A stretch of DNA of 64,000 bases, from assembly GCA_033763315.1 (NCBI GenBank), contig JANRKS010000001.1, positions 224,001-288,000 on the forward strand, written 5' to 3'. The number at the start of each line of letters is the position of its first letter. Within the stretch, counting starts at the first letter, position 1. A model generated the notes under the pieces. The model was not told the DNA's origin. It worked only from the letters and a program-made list of their open reading frames with translations, and made no database searches. This document shows, one piece after another, positions 1 through 9,225 of this stretch. Both the position numbers and the translations under genes were made by a program. The DNA comes from Deltaproteobacteria bacterium (GTDB lineage: Bacteria; Myxococcota_A; Polyangia; Fen-1088).

Positions 1-1
1 C

Positions 2-82
2 GAGAGGGTCATGTTCCGTGACTACGGCATCACCAAGGGCGAGCTGTGTGCGCACGATCAGTCCGTGGCCCCCACCCGGTGA
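2..82 (+). CDS. Possible 3' end of a gene running in from the left edge
   Basis: Open frame ERVMFRDYGITKGELCAHDQSVAPTR* with GC3-rich codons; too short to assign. Confidence 0.3.
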   Translation, partial: ERVMFRDYGITKGELCAHDQSVAPTR

Positions 83-343
83 TGATCCCAAATCGTTACG
101 TGCGGCGCCTTTGGCGGTGCGGGATCTGGCTTGACGAATTGAAGTTGCCTTCACATCGCCCTCGCTGTGGACGACGATACGGATTTTGAAACCACTGGGC
201 TGTTCGCTCGTGGCGCGAGACGCGGTGCTGGTCAACCCGCCGTCCCGTGTCGCGTAAAGCGAAACGCAAGCCTTAAAGCGCGGGCGCGCCGGTCGGGTTT
301 GCAGCGCAGGCGCCGATGAGTTTAAATTGGCGGTGGTGGAAGG

Positions 344-2134
344 GTGATGGGATCAACGGATTTCAAGCTCCTGTTCGAATCCTGCCCCGGTCTTTACCTA
401 GTTTTAGACCGGGAACTTTGCATTGTGGCCGCCAGCAACGCGTACCTGCAGGCGAGCATGACCCGGCGTGACGACATCCTTGGACGAAACATCTTCGAAG
501 TGTTTCCGGATAACCCCGACGACCCGCAAGCCACTGGTGTTTCGAATCTACGGATGTCTCTTGAACGGGTGCTCGCCACGTCCGAACCGGACACCATGGC
601 GGTGCAAAAGTACGACGTACGCCGGCCTGACACAGGGTTGTTTGAGGAAAGATTTTGGAGCCCGTTTAACACGCCCGTTCGCAGCGAGTCGGGGGAGCTG
701 CTCTACATCATTCATCGTGTTGAAGATGTCACCGAGTTTATCAAGATGCGCCAAGCGGGCAGTGAACAATCCCGGATCAACGACGAGCTTCGCCAGCGCG
801 CTGGACGCATGGAGGCCGAGATCTATCGCCGCGCGCAGGAAATTCAGGAGGCGAACCATCGCCTCTTGCAAACAACCGCCACACTTGAACGGCACGTGGC
901 TGCGGGCGCAAGTGACTTGCAGCAATCAGCCGAGGCACTGGCGCTCGAAAGCCGTGAACGGCTCAAGACGCAAGCCGCGCTTCGGCAAAGCGAAGAGCAG
1001 CTGCGCCAGGCTCAAAAGATGGAGGCGGTCGGTCGCATGGCAGGCGGCGTGGCACATGACTTCAACAACATGTTGTCGGTGGTTCTAAGTTATGCGTCCG
1101 AGCTCGTTGAAAGCGGTACATTAAGTGAATCGAACCTGCTGGCGGCACAGCAAATCGAACGCGCGGGCGCTCGGGCCGCAGACTTGACCAAGCGACTGTT
1201 GACGTTTAGTCGCCAACAAGTCACCGATCTGCGGCCGATCGACTTGAACGAGGTTTTGGCTGGTACGTTCAAGATGTTGCAACGCGTGTGCAAGGAGAAC
1301 ATCGCCTTAAGCATGACGCAGGGGCATGAGCTTGGTCGCATCCGCGCCGATGCAGGTCAAATCGAGCAGGTGCTGATGAACTTGGTGGTCAACGCCCAAG
1401 ACGCCATGCCAGACGGAGGTCAGATCAACGTTTCAACGTTGAACGTGAATCTTGATGAGGCTTACACGCGCGAGCACCTTGGTGTGCTGCCGGGCCCTTA
1501 CGTGTTGCTTTCCGTGAGCGACACAGGTGTTGGCATGGACAAAGAAACGCAATCGCGTGTGTTCGAGCCGTTCTTTACCACCAAGCCCCGTGGCCGAGGT
1601 ACAGGCCTTGGTCTTTCCACAGTGTTTGGCATTGTGAAGCAAAGTGGCGGCAGCATTTGGCTTTACAGCGAGCCGGGCGTGGGCACGACGTTCAAACTCT
1701 ATTTTCCGCGCATCGACGCTGCACCTGTGGCTCCTGTGGTCACCGTCGCCTCAACTGCAGTGGGTGGAACAGAAACCATCTTAGTGGTTGAAGATGACAT
1801 GCAAATCCGTGAGGTCGTTTGCCGCGTCCTGCAGCGCAGTGGTTATCAAGTGATTGAAGCCAAGGGGCCGCTGGAATGTCTGGAGTTGATGACAGGCCAC
1901 ACATCTCGAATTGATTTGCTCTTAACAGACGTTGTCATGCCCCAGCTAAATGGTCCGGAGCTTGCGCGCAAGATCCAGGCGCTTCACCCCGAGATCAAGG
2001 TTCTGTTTATATCGGGATACACCGATGACGCCATCGTGCACCATGGGGTGCTTGCCCCTGGCGTGCAATTCCTGCAAAAGCCGCTTACGCCCCGGGCTTT
2101 GACCACACGCGTTCGCGAAGTGCTCGACCAATAG
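344..2134 (+). CDS. PAS-domain hybrid sensor histidine kinase/response regulator
   Basis: N-terminal PAS; H-box AHDFNNML; N-box QVLMNLVVNA; G boxes DTGVGM, FFTTK, GTGLGL; C-terminal receiver (VVEDD, LLTDVVMP, KP). Confidence 0.95.
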   Translation: MMGSTDFKLLFESCPGLYLVLDRELCIVAASNAYLQASMTRRDDILGRNIFEVFPDNPDDPQATGVSNLRMSLERVLATSEPDTMAVQKYDVRRPDTGLFEERFWSPFNTPVRSESGELLYIIHRVEDVTEFIKMRQAGSEQSRINDELRQRAGRMEAEIYRRAQEIQEANHRLLQTTATLERHVAAGASDLQQSAEALALESRERLKTQAALRQSEEQLRQAQKMEAVGRMAGGVAHDFNNMLSVVLSYASELVESGTLSESNLLAAQQIERAGARAADLTKRLLTFSRQQVTDLRPIDLNEVLAGTFKMLQRVCKENIALSMTQGHELGRIRADAGQIEQVLMNLVVNAQDAMPDGGQINVSTLNVNLDEAYTREHLGVLPGPYVLLSVSDTGVGMDKETQSRVFEPFFTTKPRGRGTGLGLSTVFGIVKQSGGSIWLYSEPGVGTTFKLYFPRIDAAPVAPVVTVASTAVGGTETILVVEDDMQIREVVCRVLQRSGYQVIEAKGPLECLELMTGHTSRIDLLLTDVVMPQLNGPELARKIQALHPEIKVLFISGYTDDAIVHHGVLAPGVQFLQKPLTPRALTTRVREVLDQ

Positions 2135-2171
2135 CCAAGTTGCCGCCGATAGATGTGCTACGTCTACCGGC

Positions 2172-3548
2172 GTGTCAGCTTTCGCCGCGCTTAACCTCCC
2201 CGTCTCGATGACCCGTGCCTTGGAGGTGCTGGGCTTTGCTGAGATGACGCCGGTTCAAGCGCACGCGTTGCCACCGTTGCTCGCAGGAAAAGATGTGATT
2301 GCGCAAGCGCGCACGGGAAGCGGCAAGACGGTGGCATTCGGCCTGGCGCTGCTCGCGCGCTTGGACATGGAAAATCGCCACACGCAATGCCTGGTCCTTT
2401 GCCCCACGCGGGAGTTGGCGGATCAGGTCAGCGCTGAGCTGCGGCGCCTGGGGCGCTTCATTGCCAACTTGCGCGTTGTGACCTTGTGCGGTGGGGTGCC
2501 CGTCCGCGAGCAGGCCCCCTCGCTGCAGCAGGCACCACAAGTCATTGTGGGAACGCCGGGACGTCTGCTTGATCACATTGAACGCGGCACCATTGATCTC
2601 AAGCATCTTGCGGTGCTGGTCTTGGACGAAGCCGATCGCATGCTGGATATGGGTTTCTTTGAAGCGATTTCCGCGGTGGTTTCAGAAACACCCGCCACGC
2701 GTCAAACGATGTTGTTCTCCGCAACGTTTCCGGACGCCATTCGCAAGTTGAGCCGGCAACTGCAGAAGACACCGGTCGAGATCACCGTAGACACTGCGGC
2801 GCCAGAGGCCGAAATCACACAGTTCTTCTTCAAGGTGCAGGCGCAGGAAAAGCCCAACGCTTTGGTGGCGCTGTTGCAAGAGCACAAACCGGAAACGGCG
2901 CTTGTGTTTTGCCACACCCGCAACGACACACGTGATGTGACCTCAGCGCTTGTAAGGCGTGGATACGACGCGCTCGCGTTGCATGGTGAGCTAGAACAGC
3001 GGGAGCGGGATGAGGTGCTTCTGCGTTTTACGCACGGATCGTGCCGCGTGCTCGTTGCAACCGATGTGGCAGCCCGTGGCCTTGACATCAAAGGTCTTGC
3101 GCTGGTGATCTGTTATGAACTTCCTGTGCAGACGGAAGTGCACGTGCACCGCATTGGCCGCACGGGCCGCGCTGGCCGTTCTGGCCTTGCGTTGAGCTTG
3201 TGCGCCCCCAATGAACAAGATCGCGCCGCAGCCCTTGAACAGGCGCAAGGCTCGCCCCTGCACTGGGCGCCGTTGCCTGCGCTTGCCGAGGACGCACACC
3301 CCACGCCTGCGCCCGTCGTTACCTTTGCGATAGACGGTGGCCGCCAGGACAAGCTTCGGCCCGGCGACCTGCTCGGGGCACTCACGAACGCGGCGGCGCT
3401 CCCGGGTGAATCCGTGGGCAAGATCGACGTGCTCGCAAAACGCAGTTACGTATCTGTCAACCGCACGCACGCCCAGACGCTGGATAAGCTTGGAAAACTG
3501 CGCGTGAAAACCCGCAGTTTTCGCATTTCACGTTTGGGCGGACGCTAA
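2172..3548 (+). CDS. dbpA: ATP-dependent DEAD-box RNA helicase DbpA
   Basis: Q motif, ARTGSGKT, PTRELA, DEAD, SAT, HRIGRTGR; C-terminal DbpA RNA-binding domain (GGRQDKLRPGDLLGAL). Confidence 0.92.
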   Translation: MSAFAALNLPVSMTRALEVLGFAEMTPVQAHALPPLLAGKDVIAQARTGSGKTVAFGLALLARLDMENRHTQCLVLCPTRELADQVSAELRRLGRFIANLRVVTLCGGVPVREQAPSLQQAPQVIVGTPGRLLDHIERGTIDLKHLAVLVLDEADRMLDMGFFEAISAVVSETPATRQTMLFSATFPDAIRKLSRQLQKTPVEITVDTAAPEAEITQFFFKVQAQEKPNALVALLQEHKPETALVFCHTRNDTRDVTSALVRRGYDALALHGELEQRERDEVLLRFTHGSCRVLVATDVAARGLDIKGLALVICYELPVQTEVHVHRIGRTGRAGRSGLALSLCAPNEQDRAAALEQAQGSPLHWAPLPALAEDAHPTPAPVVTFAIDGGRQDKLRPGDLLGALTNAAALPGESVGKIDVLAKRSYVSVNRTHAQTLDKLGKLRVKTRSFRISRLGGR

Positions 3549-3611
3549 GCCGGGTCTCCTGAGGGTGGGGCACGTTGATTGCAGCGCTACTGCAAGAAAG
3601 GCATCAGCGGA

Positions 3612-3638
3612 TGTCGAAGGCCGACCGGTTCGTTCGTC
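3612..3638 (+). promoter_or_regulatory. ECF42-type sigma factor promoter
   Basis: TGTCGA-N17-CGTC, 57 bp upstream of the SRPBCC gene; matches the reported ECF42 -35 TGTCGA / -10 CG(A/T)C consensus. Confidence 0.65.
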
Positions 3639-3694
3639 GTCCAGATGGGGCCGCGCAGGTCCCTCATTGACAGCAAGACAACAGGAGAAAAATC

Positions 3695-4138
3695 ATGCCA
3701 AGTACCGTGCGTCTACATCGCGTGTTTGCAACAAAGCCGGAAAAGATTTTTAGGGCCTTCGTTGAACCAGACGCCATAGCCAGTTGGTTGCCGCCGTATG
3801 GCTTCCTTTGCACCGTTCATTCGATGGATGCCAAAGTGGGTGGTGGCTACAAAATGTCATTTAGAAACTTCACGACTGGGAAGGAGGACTCGTTCGGAGG
3901 AAAGTATCTTGAGATTTCCCCAGGGCAACGTCTTGTTTATACGGATGCCTTCGACGATCCCAATTTACCCGGTGAAATGCGGACCACCGTTACCTTTAAG
4001 GCGGTTTCGGTTGGCACGGAAGTGAACATTGAACAACAGGGAATACCCGACGCGATCCCCGCCGAGGGCTGCTACCTAGGGTGGCAAGATTCGCTGAAGA
4101 AGCTGGAAAATCTGGTTCTGCCTGAGATCAATGAGTGA
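3695..4138 (+). CDS. SRPBCC/AHSA1-like (START-fold) protein
   Basis: RVF..KPEKIFRAF..PDAIASWLPP, D.KVGGGYKMSF, GWQDSL; AGGAG RBS. Confidence 0.9.
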   Translation: MPSTVRLHRVFATKPEKIFRAFVEPDAIASWLPPYGFLCTVHSMDAKVGGGYKMSFRNFTTGKEDSFGGKYLEISPGQRLVYTDAFDDPNLPGEMRTTVTFKAVSVGTEVNIEQQGIPDAIPAEGCYLGWQDSLKKLENLVLPEINE

Positions 4139-4284
4139 CATCAGGCGCCTCGCGCACCACGTCCCGCGCTTCCCTATCGAAGTGCGGGGCGAGCACGCGA
4201 GGGTGACGAAGCTGTCCGTGCCGTGAGCGCGACACTCCCTCTGCACGTCACCGGTGCTATAGTCGGCCGCGCAGGAGCCCACCC

Positions 4285-5916
4285 ATGTCGACGTTTCAAG
4301 AAATTCTTCCGTTAGGCCCCGATACCACCCCTTACGAAAAGATCTCGGGGGATTACGTTTCTACGTTCGAGGCCGCTGGCCAAACCTTTTTGAAGGTCGA
4401 GCCGCAAGCGCTCACGATGTTGGCGAAGCACGTGATGCGAGACATTTCGCATCTGTTGCGTCCGGGGCACCTGCAACAATTGGCGAACATCCTCAAAGAT
4501 CCCGAAGCCTCGGCGAACGATCGGTTCGTGGCTTTGGATCTGCTGAAGAACGCCAACATCGCCGCGGGTGGCGTGCTGCCGATGTGCCAAGACACAGGCA
4601 CGGCCATTGTGATGGGCAAAAAGGGCCAACGTGTGTTTACAGGTTTCAACGATGAAGCTGCGCTTGCCGAAGGGATCTTGCAAACGTACGCCGAAACGAA
4701 CCTACGTTACTCGCAGCTGGCGCCGTTGGATCTGTTTCGCGAGGTGAATACGAAGACGAACTTGCCCGCGCAGATCGAGCTTTTTGCCACTGAAGGCGAC
4801 GCCTATAAATTCCTATTCATGGCCAAAGGCGGCGGTTCGGCCAATAAGAGTTATCTTTATCAAGAAACCAAGGCGTTGCTGAACCCCGAGAGCTTGGTGA
4901 AGTTTCTCGACGCGAAGCTGCGCACGTTGGGAACGTCGGCATGCCCGCCTTACCACTTGGCCGTGGTGATCGGTGGCCCCTCGGCTGAGTTCACGTTGAA
5001 GACGGCAAAGCTCGCGTCCGCACGTTATTTGGATTCGCTTCCATCCACCGGGAATGAGCTGGGCCGCGGCTTTCGCGATGTGGAGTGGGAACAAAAAGTG
5101 CTGGAAATTGCGCAGAAAACCGCGATTGGTGCGCAGTTTGGTGGCAAATACTTTTGCCACGACGTGCGCGTGATTCGCTTGCCGCGCCACGGGGCTTCAT
5201 GCCCGGTGGGCATCGCCGTTTCGTGCGCGGCCGATCGCCAGGCTTTGGCCAAGATCACGCGCGAAGGCTTGTTCGTGGAGCACCTTGAACACGATCCAGC
5301 GAAGTATTTGCCCGCGCCCACGCATGAAGATCTCGGTGGCGATGTGGTGGCCATCGATTTGAATCAGGGCATGGCGCAAGTACGCCAACAGTTGTCGCAG
5401 CACCCGATCAAAACGCGTTTAGCGCTCTCGGGTACGATGGTTGTGGCCCGCGACATCGCTCACGCCAAGATCAAGGAACGTTTGGATCAAGGCCTTGGTA
5501 TGCCTGAGTACCTGCGCAACCACCCCGTGTATTACGCAGGGCCGGCGAAGACGCCCGCCGGATACGCTTCGGGTTCATTTGGCCCCACCACGGCGGGCCG
5601 CATGGACGCTTACGTGGATCAATTCCAAAGCGAAGGCGGCAGTTTGATCATGCTGGCCAAGGGCAACCGTTCGCAGCAAGTTACCGACGCCTGCAAAAAG
5701 TATGGCGGCTTTTATCTTGGCTCCATCGGCGGCCCCGCCGCGCGTCTGGCACAAGACTGCATCAAGAAGGTGGAAGTCTTGGAGTATCCCGAACTCGGCA
5801 TGGAAGCTGTGTGGCGAATCGAAGTGCAGGATTTCCCTGCATTCATCGTCGTGGACGACAAAGGCAACGACTTTTTCGCAGAGTTAACCGGCAGCAAGCT
5901 GAAGGTGGTTTCTTGA
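4285..5916 (+). CDS. fumA: Class I (Fe-S) fumarate hydratase
   Basis: [28 protein letters not shown] motifs; 543 aa. Confidence 0.95.
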   Translation: MSTFQEILPLGPDTTPYEKISGDYVSTFEAAGQTFLKVEPQALTMLAKHVMRDISHLLRPGHLQQLANILKDPEASANDRFVALDLLKNANIAAGGVLPMCQDTGTAIVMGKKGQRVFTGFNDEAALAEGILQTYAETNLRYSQLAPLDLFREVNTKTNLPAQIELFATEGDAYKFLFMAKGGGSANKSYLYQETKALLNPESLVKFLDAKLRTLGTSACPPYHLAVVIGGPSAEFTLKTAKLASARYLDSLPSTGNELGRGFRDVEWEQKVLEIAQKTAIGAQFGGKYFCHDVRVIRLPRHGASCPVGIAVSCAADRQALAKITREGLFVEHLEHDPAKYLPAPTHEDLGGDVVAIDLNQGMAQVRQQLSQHPIKTRLALSGTMVVARDIAHAKIKERLDQGLGMPEYLRNHPVYYAGPAKTPAGYASGSFGPTTAGRMDAYVDQFQSEGGSLIMLAKGNRSQQVTDACKKYGGFYLGSIGGPAARLAQDCIKKVEVLEYPELGMEAVWRIEVQDFPAFIVVDDKGNDFFAELTGSKLKVVS

Positions 5917-5956
5917 CCGGGCGTTAGGCAATGCGCCTAGAAGAGAGAGACGCTTC

Positions 5957-6289
5957 ATGGCGATGATTTGGAGATCTCATCAGGTGTGCGAAAGCTGTGG
6001 ATGGGCGGGTACGACAAGAGCGCATCAGTTGAACATCGTGAGTGGATTGCTTTACGTAACGGCATCGATTGTGCTCGTGTTATTGGACGCGATTAAAGTT
6101 GTTGACCTCAAAAGGATCGTTACTCTGCCCATGGTGGTGTTCGCTCTTTTCTGGTTCTACGGTGTGCCGCGCATCCTTTGGCAAATGAACACCTGCGGGG
6201 CGTGCAGGCAACGCATGCCAGTAAAGTTGTTGTCGGGCCGCGCCACCCACCCCGCGGCTGCAGGCGACCAAGATTCGCCCCGAAGCTGA
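5957..6289 (+). CDS. Small membrane protein with a split CxxC...CxxC zinc ribbon
   Basis: CESCG, two hydrophobic helices, then CGACR. Confidence 0.6.
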   Translation: MAMIWRSHQVCESCGWAGTTRAHQLNIVSGLLYVTASIVLVLLDAIKVVDLKRIVTLPMVVFALFWFYGVPRILWQMNTCGACRQRMPVKLLSGRATHPAAAGDQDSPRS

Positions 6290-6350
6290 ATCCAGCTAGC
6301 ATCGCTCGCAGTGCTGAGGTGCAAGTGAGCAGCGGTGGACCGGAAACAAC

Positions 6351-7382
6351 TCACCGAAACGGATTCTTAGGGTCGTCGGCGTTGTAGCGCATGCGGCAAA
6401 GCACTTTGTTCTTCGTATTCTTCAGCGCTGAGAGCACGCCTTGCCCGGCCACGCTTGGCAAGTTGTGAAACGCTTCGCACATGACGTCGGCCGCATAAGC
6501 GCGGCAAGCAGACATATCACGCGAAGCGGCTGCTTCCGCTTGTGGGGCATACGCCAAAACATGCTGCCACGCGCGCCGTTGCAGTTCATGCGCAAGTGGC
6601 AGTGCGATCTCGGGTGGCGGCGCAATGCCCTCTGCGCTCTCGCCGAACAACGTGCTGTAGTGAATCGCTGCCAAGAAGTAGGTGCCAATCGGCGTCAGAT
6701 GCACGTCATCGCGAAACACCGCACCGATGCGTTCGTCCGGCGTCGCGCCCACGATGCCCAGCACACGGTCGGCCATGAGATCCTGCACCAGATCGGCGAG
6801 CGCCGTGGCTCCGGGCAACACCAACACGCGTCCTGGGGTTCCCTGTGCTGCGTTCATGCGGTTGACCTGGCTGGCCACACACTCCCACAGCGGCAGTGCG
6901 CGGCGTTCGTAATCGACGAAGGCCTGCGGCGAGGTTCGCGCGCCGCTCATCCACACGTGATAAAACCATGTGCGCCCCGCGGGGTTCTGCTTCACGTGGC
7001 GCGCGTGCAGTTGCGATAAATGTTTGACCGTCTGTTCGTGATAGGCGGCGTAAGGCAGATCATGTCGTTCGGTTGCCACCAGAGCATCGAACGTCTGTTC
7101 GTCGGGCCACGCCGCCCGCTCGCGCAAAAGCGAACCTGGCGCGCTTCGAATCACGTGCGACCAGCTTTTGCCACGCGCGGCCGCCAAGCCGGCGATCACC
7201 TCAGGGATGCCATCCGACAGGCTGTGGCCCGAGTAAAACGCGCGCAACGCGGCGGGCGCACTTGCATCAACCGTGGAGCCATTCTGTGTGGTGGTCATCG
7301 TGGGGATACCCGAAGGCTTTTGACAGGCACCCAACACCCACCACGCAGCGATCGTTGCGAGCGCGAGCTGACGTTGGGCCAT
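6351..7382 (-). CDS. SGNH-hydrolase-like lipoprotein
   Basis: Lipobox VLGA-C; GHSL block I-like motif; DDVH (DxxH) block V-like motif. Confidence 0.6.
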   Translation of the reverse strand: MAQRQLALATIAAWWVLGACQKPSGIPTMTTTQNGSTVDASAPAALRAFYSGHSLSDGIPEVIAGLAAARGKSWSHVIRSAPGSLLRERAAWPDEQTFDALVATERHDLPYAAYHEQTVKHLSQLHARHVKQNPAGRTWFYHVWMSGARTSPQAFVDYERRALPLWECVASQVNRMNAAQGTPGRVLVLPGATALADLVQDLMADRVLGIVGATPDERIGAVFRDDVHLTPIGTYFLAAIHYSTLFGESAEGIAPPPEIALPLAHELQRRAWQHVLAYAPQAEAAASRDMSACRAYAADVMCEAFHNLPSVAGQGVLSALKNTKNKVLCRMRYNADDPKNPFR

Positions 7383-7569
7383 GCGCCGTCACTTTAATAC
7401 GGATTTCCCAAGGCTTTGCACCACTTAACGTACGCCTTTGCAAATCGACTTGACGCTGGCGAGGGCGCGCTTCAGGTTTGAGTTATGCGTGAGGCATGGT
7501 GCCCACGTGTCACAAAGCCCGCGGGGTGCGATTGCCCCTGCGAGAAAGCGATCGAAAATGCATAGAGGA

Positions 7570-8088
7570 ATGATGGTCCACCCTGCGTGGTGGGCACAGC
7601 ACGGCTACGGATACGGACACCACGGTTATGGTCACCCCGGTCACGGGCATCTCAGCGAGTATTCCTGCAGCCCCGGTGGTGGCGGCAGTTGCTCTCCCGG
7701 GGGCGGTGGTGGCGGCGGTGGCCAATCGGACGACGATGGCAGCGGTTGGAATTTTGGCGTGCGGCGTCCTCTGCGGTTTCTGGCTCATAAACTTGAGCTC
7801 GACGAACCACAGGTGGCGGCCCTTGCGAAGATTCTCGATGAACTTAAAACCGAACGCGCCCAAGCCGAAGTGGATCGCCGCCGCACAGTGGCTGCGTTTG
7901 CAGACGCCTTAGGTGGCAGCACTTTTGATGAAGCACGCGCCAAAGAAGGTGGTGTGCTGCGTGTGCAAAGCGCAGAACATTTGCGCGACGCTGTGGTGGG
8001 AGCGTTGGGGAAAATCCACGCCCTGCTCGATGACGATCAACGTGGGCGTTTGGCCTATTTGATTCGCACGGGCACCTTGAGCTTGTAA
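7570..8088 (+). CDS. Spy/CpxP-like (LTxxQ-type) helical protein with His/Gly-rich N-terminus
   Basis: LELDEPQ and LLDDDQR motifs; HGYGYGHHGYGHPGHGH; AGAGGA RBS before ATG 7570. Confidence 0.7.
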   Translation: MMVHPAWWAQHGYGYGHHGYGHPGHGHLSEYSCSPGGGGSCSPGGGGGGGGQSDDDGSGWNFGVRRPLRFLAHKLELDEPQVAALAKILDELKTERAQAEVDRRRTVAAFADALGGSTFDEARAKEGGVLRVQSAEHLRDAVVGALGKIHALLDDDQRGRLAYLIRTGTLSL

Positions 8089-8089
8089 C

Positions 8090-8134
8090 AAAAAGAAAGC
8101 GGTCGCCTGCTTGTGGTGGGCGACCGTCTTCTCT
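8090..8134 (+). terminator. Intrinsic terminator hairpin
   Basis: Stem CGGTCGCC(8100-8107)/GGCGACCG(8119-8126), preceded by an A-tract and followed by TCTTCTCT, right after the stop at 8088. Confidence 0.7.
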
Positions 8135-8173
8135 GTTCGTGGCCTCGCCGCAGGCTTGGCGAAGGAGCACCAT

Positions 8174-9220
8174 ATGCAATTTTGGGAATCATTAGAGGCA
8201 GACGTCACGTTAGATCCTTCTCCCGGTGCGAAACTGCAGCCGGCGGCCCGCGTGCCCACCGAAGGCGAAGCGCTTGATGCCTATTCTCGTGTGGTGGTGG
8301 ATGTGGCCGAGCGCGTGAGCCCGTCCGTTGTGAAACTTGAGATCGAGCGCATTCCCACGCCCGGATCGCAACGTCGGCGTGGCGCAGCGGAGGACGCTCC
8401 CGGCAGCGGATCGGGCTTTGCGTTCACACCTGACGGATACATTTTAACCAACAGCCACGTCGTAACAGGCGGCAACAAGATCACCGTGATCAGCCGTGAT
8501 GGCACGCGCCACGTGGCCAACGTTGTGGGCAACGATCCGCACACTGATTTGGCCGTGGTGCACGTCACCGGTGCCGACATTCCGCCCGTGGCGTTGGCTG
8601 ATGATAAGTTACGCGTGGGCCAATTGGTGGTGGCCATCGGCAACCCTTATGGCTTCGAGTGCACAGTGACAGCGGGGGTGGTGAGCGCGCTCGGCCGATC
8701 CATGCGCACAGGGACGGGCCGTTTGGTGGAAGACGTCATTCAAACAGACGCTGCGCTGAATCCCGGAAATTCGGGTGGCCCGCTCGTCAATGCACGGGGT
8801 GAGGTTGTGGGCGTAAACACAGCCATGATCCGTCCCGCCCAAGGTATCTGCTTTGCCATCGGCATGAATACCGCGCGCTTTGTGGCTTTGCAGTTGTTGC
8901 GCGAGGGTCACGTTCGCCGCAGCTTCGTGGGCGTCGCCGCGCAAACGGTTCCGCTGTTGCGCAAGGTTGTGCGCTATTTCGATCTTGGCACCGATAGCGC
9001 CGCATTGGTGACGGATGTCGACGCACGCGGCCCCGCAGGGCGCGCTGGTTTGCAGCCCGGGGATCTCATCGTGCGCTTTGGTTCGGAATGGATCACAGGC
9101 GTCGACGATCTGCATCGACGCTTGCTGCCTGAATTGGCGGGACGCTGGGTGCCGATGCAGGTGGTGCGCGGCAAGAGCCTTGAATCGCTTGGCATCGTGC
9201 CTGCGGCCGCCGCGCCGTAA
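8174..9220 (+). CDS. HtrA/DegP-family trypsin-like serine protease with one PDZ domain
   Basis: GSGSGF, LTNSHV, TDLAV, GNPYG, QTDAALNPGNSGGPL; C-terminal PDZ; AAGGAG RBS. Confidence 0.93.
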   Translation: MQFWESLEADVTLDPSPGAKLQPAARVPTEGEALDAYSRVVVDVAERVSPSVVKLEIERIPTPGSQRRRGAAEDAPGSGSGFAFTPDGYILTNSHVVTGGNKITVISRDGTRHVANVVGNDPHTDLAVVHVTGADIPPVALADDKLRVGQLVVAIGNPYGFECTVTAGVVSALGRSMRTGTGRLVEDVIQTDAALNPGNSGGPLVNARGEVVGVNTAMIRPAQGICFAIGMNTARFVALQLLREGHVRRSFVGVAAQTVPLLRKVVRYFDLGTDSAALVTDVDARGPAGRAGLQPGDLIVRFGSEWITGVDDLHRRLLPELAGRWVPMQVVRGKSLESLGIVPAAAAP

Positions 9221-9225
9221 AACCG

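Noticed and set aside
83-343. Intergenic DNA as a possible structured RNA or tRNA
   Set aside because: No cloverleaf or riboswitch consensus recognised by eye; an Infernal/Rfam scan would be needed
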